From assembly GCA_963749495.1 (NCBI GenBank), contig CAVVMW010000021.1, positions 224,001 through 288,000 on the forward strand: a stretch of 64,000 nucleotides of DNA, in the 5' to 3' direction. A program made the translations under genes and the position numbers. This stretch comes from an uncultured bacterium. GTDB taxonomy: Bacteria; Verrucomicrobiota; Verrucomicrobiia; Limisphaerales; UBA8199. Position 1 is the stretch's first letter, and every line of letters starts with the position of its first letter. Below are positions 60,569 through 64,000 of this stretch, piece by piece. Below the pieces are notes generated by a model that searched no databases, was not told the origin of the DNA, and saw only the letters and a program-made list of their open reading frames with translations.

Positions 60569-61810
60569 TCATGGCGGCCTGATGGTGCGGCGGACGCCGA
60601 CGGGGGAGCCGTCGGGCAAGGAGATGACCTTTTGTCCTGGGCGCCAGGAGCCGACCAGGACCAGCCCGGTGCCACAATGCGGACAAAGCAGGCCTGCCTG
60701 CCGGACAGGCAGGGGTGTGGGCTGGGCGCAGACTCCTTGAGCGGCCAAGGGCGGGTCAGTCGGCGGGCTGGAGGTCGGAGGCTGCCAAGCGGCTTTCTCG
60801 GCCGCGGAGAGTAAGGGCGGTATTTTGAGCAGGGCTCGGACGCGGTTGAACTGGGCGCGGCCCCCGGGATGGAGCCAGCCAAAGCGGCGGACCCGATGGA
60901 ATCTGAGCGGCAGGACGTGCTGGAGGAAGCGGCGGAGGAACTCGAAGGGGGCCATGTCCATGTGGCCCCAAGCCCCCGTGGCACTGTGGCGGAAGGGCCA
61001 GCGCAAGCGTCCGTCAGGCAGCAATTGGAGTTGGCGATTGCCGGTGGCGGTTTTAAACACGTAACGGCTGAGGTAGCGCAACGCGTTTTGGCCCCTGCCG
61101 ACAGCAGCGCTGTGAACGACCCAGCGTTGCTGCCAGACTTCGGCCAGCAGGAGGGCAAGGGCCTCGGGCATCTGCTTTTGGAGTGCCGCCTGGAAAAGCG
61201 TGCGGGAGCGATCGCTCAGGGCTTTGACCGGCAACAGGAACCGAGGGCGGCTGGAGATCCACTGGCGCTGATCTGGGCTGAGGCCGCCGCCGGGGACCAG
61301 GTAGTGGACGTGGGGATGGTATTCGAGGGTGCGCGTCCAGGTGTGGAGCACCCCCAGCATACCGAGGGTGGCGCCGAGGCGTTTGGGATTTTGAGCCAGA
61401 TCCTGCAGGGCCTGGGAACTGGCGGCCAGGAGCAGGTCATAGCCCTTTTGGGGGTGAGAGCGAATCCAGCGGCGCAAGCCTTCGGGCACGGTGAAGGTGA
61501 GCAGGAAATAGTTCACCGGCAGCAACAGGGCGGTATTCTCATCGAGCCACTGCTGGGCATCCTGGCCGCCGCACTGCGGACAGTGCCGGTCGTTGCAGGA
61601 GTGGTAGCTGAAGTGGCGGTGGTCGCACTTGGGGCAATAGTACATCGCCCCGCCCAGGGCCGCGGTGCGGCAAACCAAAAGGTTTTGCAGCACCTGGCGC
61701 TGGCGGGTGGGCATGGCAGCTCCGAACTGCTCCAGATAGGCCGGAGCCCATCGGCACAACACGTCGTGGACGGATAAGGAGCTGCCGCTGCGCTGAGCGG
61801 CTGCGGCCAT
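60569..61810 (-). CDS. IS91-family transposase
   Basis: CRTAALGG, HSCNDRHCPQC, LHTW, HPHVHYLVPGGG (HUH), YLSRY (Y2), FLRRFLQHVLP. Confidence 0.93.
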   Translation of the reverse strand: MAAAAQRSGSSLSVHDVLCRWAPAYLEQFGAAMPTRQRQVLQNLLVCRTAALGGAMYYCPKCDHRHFSYHSCNDRHCPQCGGQDAQQWLDENTALLLPVNYFLLTFTVPEGLRRWIRSHPQKGYDLLLAASSQALQDLAQNPKRLGATLGMLGVLHTWTRTLEYHPHVHYLVPGGGLSPDQRQWISSRPRFLLPVKALSDRSRTLFQAALQKQMPEALALLLAEVWQQRWVVHSAAVGRGQNALRYLSRYVFKTATGNRQLQLLPDGRLRWPFRHSATGAWGHMDMAPFEFLRRFLQHVLPLRFHRVRRFGWLHPGGRAQFNRVRALLKIPPLLSAAEKAAWQPPTSSPPTDPPLAAQGVCAQPTPLPVRQAGLLCPHCGTGLVLVGSWRPGQKVISLPDGSPVGVRRTIRPP

Positions 61811-61821
61811 TTAGAGGCCGC

Positions 61822-62711
61822 CTAGAGGTCGCCCATGAATTTGTTAATGCGCTGCTGGTGCTGAGTCTGACAGAGGGTGGTTAAGTGGGTGTAGATGACG
61901 GTGGTGACGGGGCTGTGATGGCCGAGGTTGACCTGCAATTGGCGGAGGTTTTCGCCTTGCTCCAGCAGGTGGGTGGCATAGCTGTGGCGCAGCGTATGAA
62001 TGTGGGCGGCCTTCCTGATGCCGCTGGCGCGCAGGGCCCGGCGGAAGGCTTGTTGCAGCGTGCTGCGGTCCATGGGCTCTGTGGCGGTAGCAGCGCCCAG
62101 ACCGCTGTGGCCTTTAGCTGGGAAGAGCCATCGTGGATGGCGGTGGCTGCGCCAGAGCTCGCGCAGCAGTTCGAGCGTGCGCTGGGGCAAGGGCACGTAA
62201 CGGTCGCGGTTGCCTTTGCCCGCCCGGATGTGGAGGAACATCCGTTGGGAATCAATGTCGCCGACTTCCAGGTTGACGGCTTCGCCCAAGCGCAGGCCAC
62301 AGGAGTAGATCGTTGTCAGGGCGACCCGATGGTCCAGAGGGGCAACCCGGGCGATAATTGTGCGCACCTCGGCGGCCGAGAGGATAACTGGCAGCTTGAA
62401 TTGGGGTGTGGCGCGCACAAACTCCAGTTCCGCCGGCCAGGGCCGCTGGAGGGTTTTCTCCCAGAAGAGTTTGATGGCACACAAAGCCTGCGTGGAGGTT
62501 TGGCGGGCCAAGTGCCGCTGGGTCTTGAGATGGATGAAATACTGGCGGAGTTCCTCGGCGCTGACCAAGTCGGGCGAGCGCTCAAAGTGATCGGAGAGTT
62601 GGCGCACACAGACCCAGTAGATCTCTTGGCTTCGGGGCTGGAGCGGCAGCAGAATCAGGTCATCGGCAAAGCGGTTCAGGATTGCGTGAGGAGAACTTTT
62701 TTTATATGCAT
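61822..62711 (-). CDS. Tyrosine recombinase/integrase; start uncertain (A-run near 62700)
   Basis: YSCGLRLGE, GKGNRDR, HTLRHSYATHLLE, LGH, IYTHL. Confidence 0.9.
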
Positions 62712-62939
62712 AGCTGCGGTACAGATTAATGTTGACGGTTTGCCGTGCGTCAGTGCATGGCGAACCGTCATCAGTCTGTGGGAGTCCCGGCCATAGGCCA
62801 ACGCAAAACCAGCCCTCCAGCCTGCGAACTGCGGAGCCGCAGCAGTTCCGTCTTCTCCGCCGCGTAGCGGCTTCGTTCAACCCTGGGCTGAGTGATTGTA
62901 TCCCTTCGGGATGGGGGAGCTGTGCGCGATGGGCGCCAG

Positions 62940-63076
62940 CGTAGCGCAGGTTTCCAAACCTGCTGTATCGCGGGTTTCCAAACCCGCAGGCCGTCCGCAA
63001 ACCGGGTGCGTTCGACATGCCAACGTCCTGCCGATTGGAAATCGCCGATACAGCAGGTTTGGAAACCTGCGCTACG
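62940..63076. repeat. REP-like inverted repeat (gtagcgcaggtttccaaacctgc)
   Basis: Terminal arms are reverse complements. Confidence 0.75.
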
Positions 63077-63185
63077 CCTTTGTCAACGGCGCTCCTCCCG
63101 ACGCTCCACTCCCCCCGTTTTGTCTTGACCCGGGCAGGCGCTCGGGGTGCGATGCAGGCAACGCAGAGCACAGCATCTATTGGAT

Positions 63186-64000
63186 ATGAACAGAGCGCCA
63201 GCGGCAGCCGCGTCCGGGTCCCTCGCAGATTCCCACGGGGATTCTCTCGGGTTGGTCTTGTTTGCCACGGCCGTGGCGGCCATTGGCGGTTTTCTCTTCG
63301 GCTACGACACCGCAGTCATCAACGGGGCCAACACTTACCTCAAGAGCCACTTCACCTTGGGCTCGGGTGAGGAAGGGCTGGCCGGGGCGAGCGCGATCCT
63401 GGGCTGCATCCCCGGGGCGATGTTCGCCGGCTTCCTCAGCGACCGGTTCGGGCGCAAGAAGCTCCTGTTTTTCTGCGCCATTCTCTATGCCGTGTCGGGC
63501 GTGCTCTCGGCGGTGCCGCGCACCTTCCACGAGTTCCTGCTCGCGCGTTTCCTGAGCGGGCTGGGGATCGGGGCGTCCTCGATGATCTGCCCGGTTTATA
63601 TTGCCGAGATCGCCCCGGAGCGGTGGCGGGGGCGTCTGGGCTCGCTATTCCAGCTTGGCATCGTGACGGGCATTTTCCTGACACTCTGGGTGAACAAGCT
63701 GGTGCAGGGTCTTGGGGATGACCCGTGGAATGCGAGCATGGGCTGGCGGTGGATGCTGGGCCTGGAGGCGGCCCCGGCGGTGCTGTTCATCCTCCTGTTG
63801 TTCGCGGTGCCCGAGAGCCGCGCTGGCTGGCCAACCACGGGCGCGAGGACGAGGCGCGCGGCATCCTGGCGCGCATCGGCGGCGGCGCGCACGCGGAGCA
63901 GGAGCTCGGCGCCATCCGCGCCGCCATGGGCGAGGAGGCAGGTCGCTTTTCCGAGCTCTTCAGCCGCACCTACTCGAAGCCGTTGCTCATCGCCGTGGCC
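63186..64000 (+). CDS. Sugar porter MFS transporter (XylE-like), partial, frameshift near 63815
   Basis: GGFLFGYDTAVINGA, SDRFGRK, YIAEIAP..RGRL, PES-RWL. Confidence 0.9.
   Translation, partial: MNRAPAAAASGSLADSHGDSLGLVLFATAVAAIGGFLFGYDTAVINGANTYLKSHFTLGSGEEGLAGASAILGCIPGAMFAGFLSDRFGRKKLLFFCAILYAVSGVLSAVPRTFHEFLLARFLSGLGIGASSMICPVYIAEIAPERWRGRLGSLFQLGIVTGIFLTLWVNKLVQGLGDDPWNASMGWRWMLGLEAAPAVLFILLLFAVPESRAGWPTTGARTRRAASWRASAAARTRSRSSAPSAPPWARRQVAFPSSSAAPTRSRCSSPW

Larger units (their letters stand above)
60176..62881 (-). mobile_element. IS91-like element with tyrosine recombinase and Y2 transposase, inserted in a family-D REP
   Basis: CAAC at both junctions (60172-60175, 62878-62881); flanks rejoin to a REP like that at 10200-10298. 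Confidence 0.8.

Noticed and set aside
1568..64000. Frameshifted genes (FGE, IS110, BspA, hisC, both GTs, ROK, larC, prmA, sugar porter) as pseudogenes
   Set aside because: Single-base slips, often in homopolymers, hit housekeeping genes whose motifs are otherwise intact; sequencing error is the simpler explanation.

Overview
GC-rich bacterial chromosomal window, most likely Verrucomicrobiota (Pedosphaera/Limisphaera-like). This is inferred from the prepilin/H-X9-DG protein, BspA/NHL surface proteins ending in an 'FYR' domain, and the REP-like repeat families. Many otherwise intact genes carry single-base frameshifts, suggesting an unpolished long-read consensus. Housekeeping and metabolic genes (udk, prolyl oligopeptidase, pilT-like ATPase, hisC, an MFS/ROK/GH125 sugar locus, waaA, larBC, rph, prmA, tRNA-Arg, tRNA-Thr) alternate with accessory DNA. 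The best candidate for an undescribed system is a RiPP-like operon at 31.6-38.0 kb: a Tat-signal protein whose mature part has 17 Cys in a repeated [N/D]-x-C pattern, a catalytically dead radical-SAM/SPASM paralogue, an intact radical-SAM/SPASM maturase and two GT4 glycosyltransferases. The first four genes are coupled by ATGA overlaps, and the operon follows a 20-bp palindrome that also precedes the upstream pilin-like gene. Second highlight: an IS110 element with a readable bridge-RNA-like leader whose guides match the REP hairpin it sits in, a 111-bp non-autonomous derivative in the same REP cluster, and an IS91-like/integrase element splitting another copy of that REP. Also present are a toxin-antitoxin-rich island beside tRNA-Thr and a recurrent CGA->CAA (Asp->Asn) change at conserved residues.
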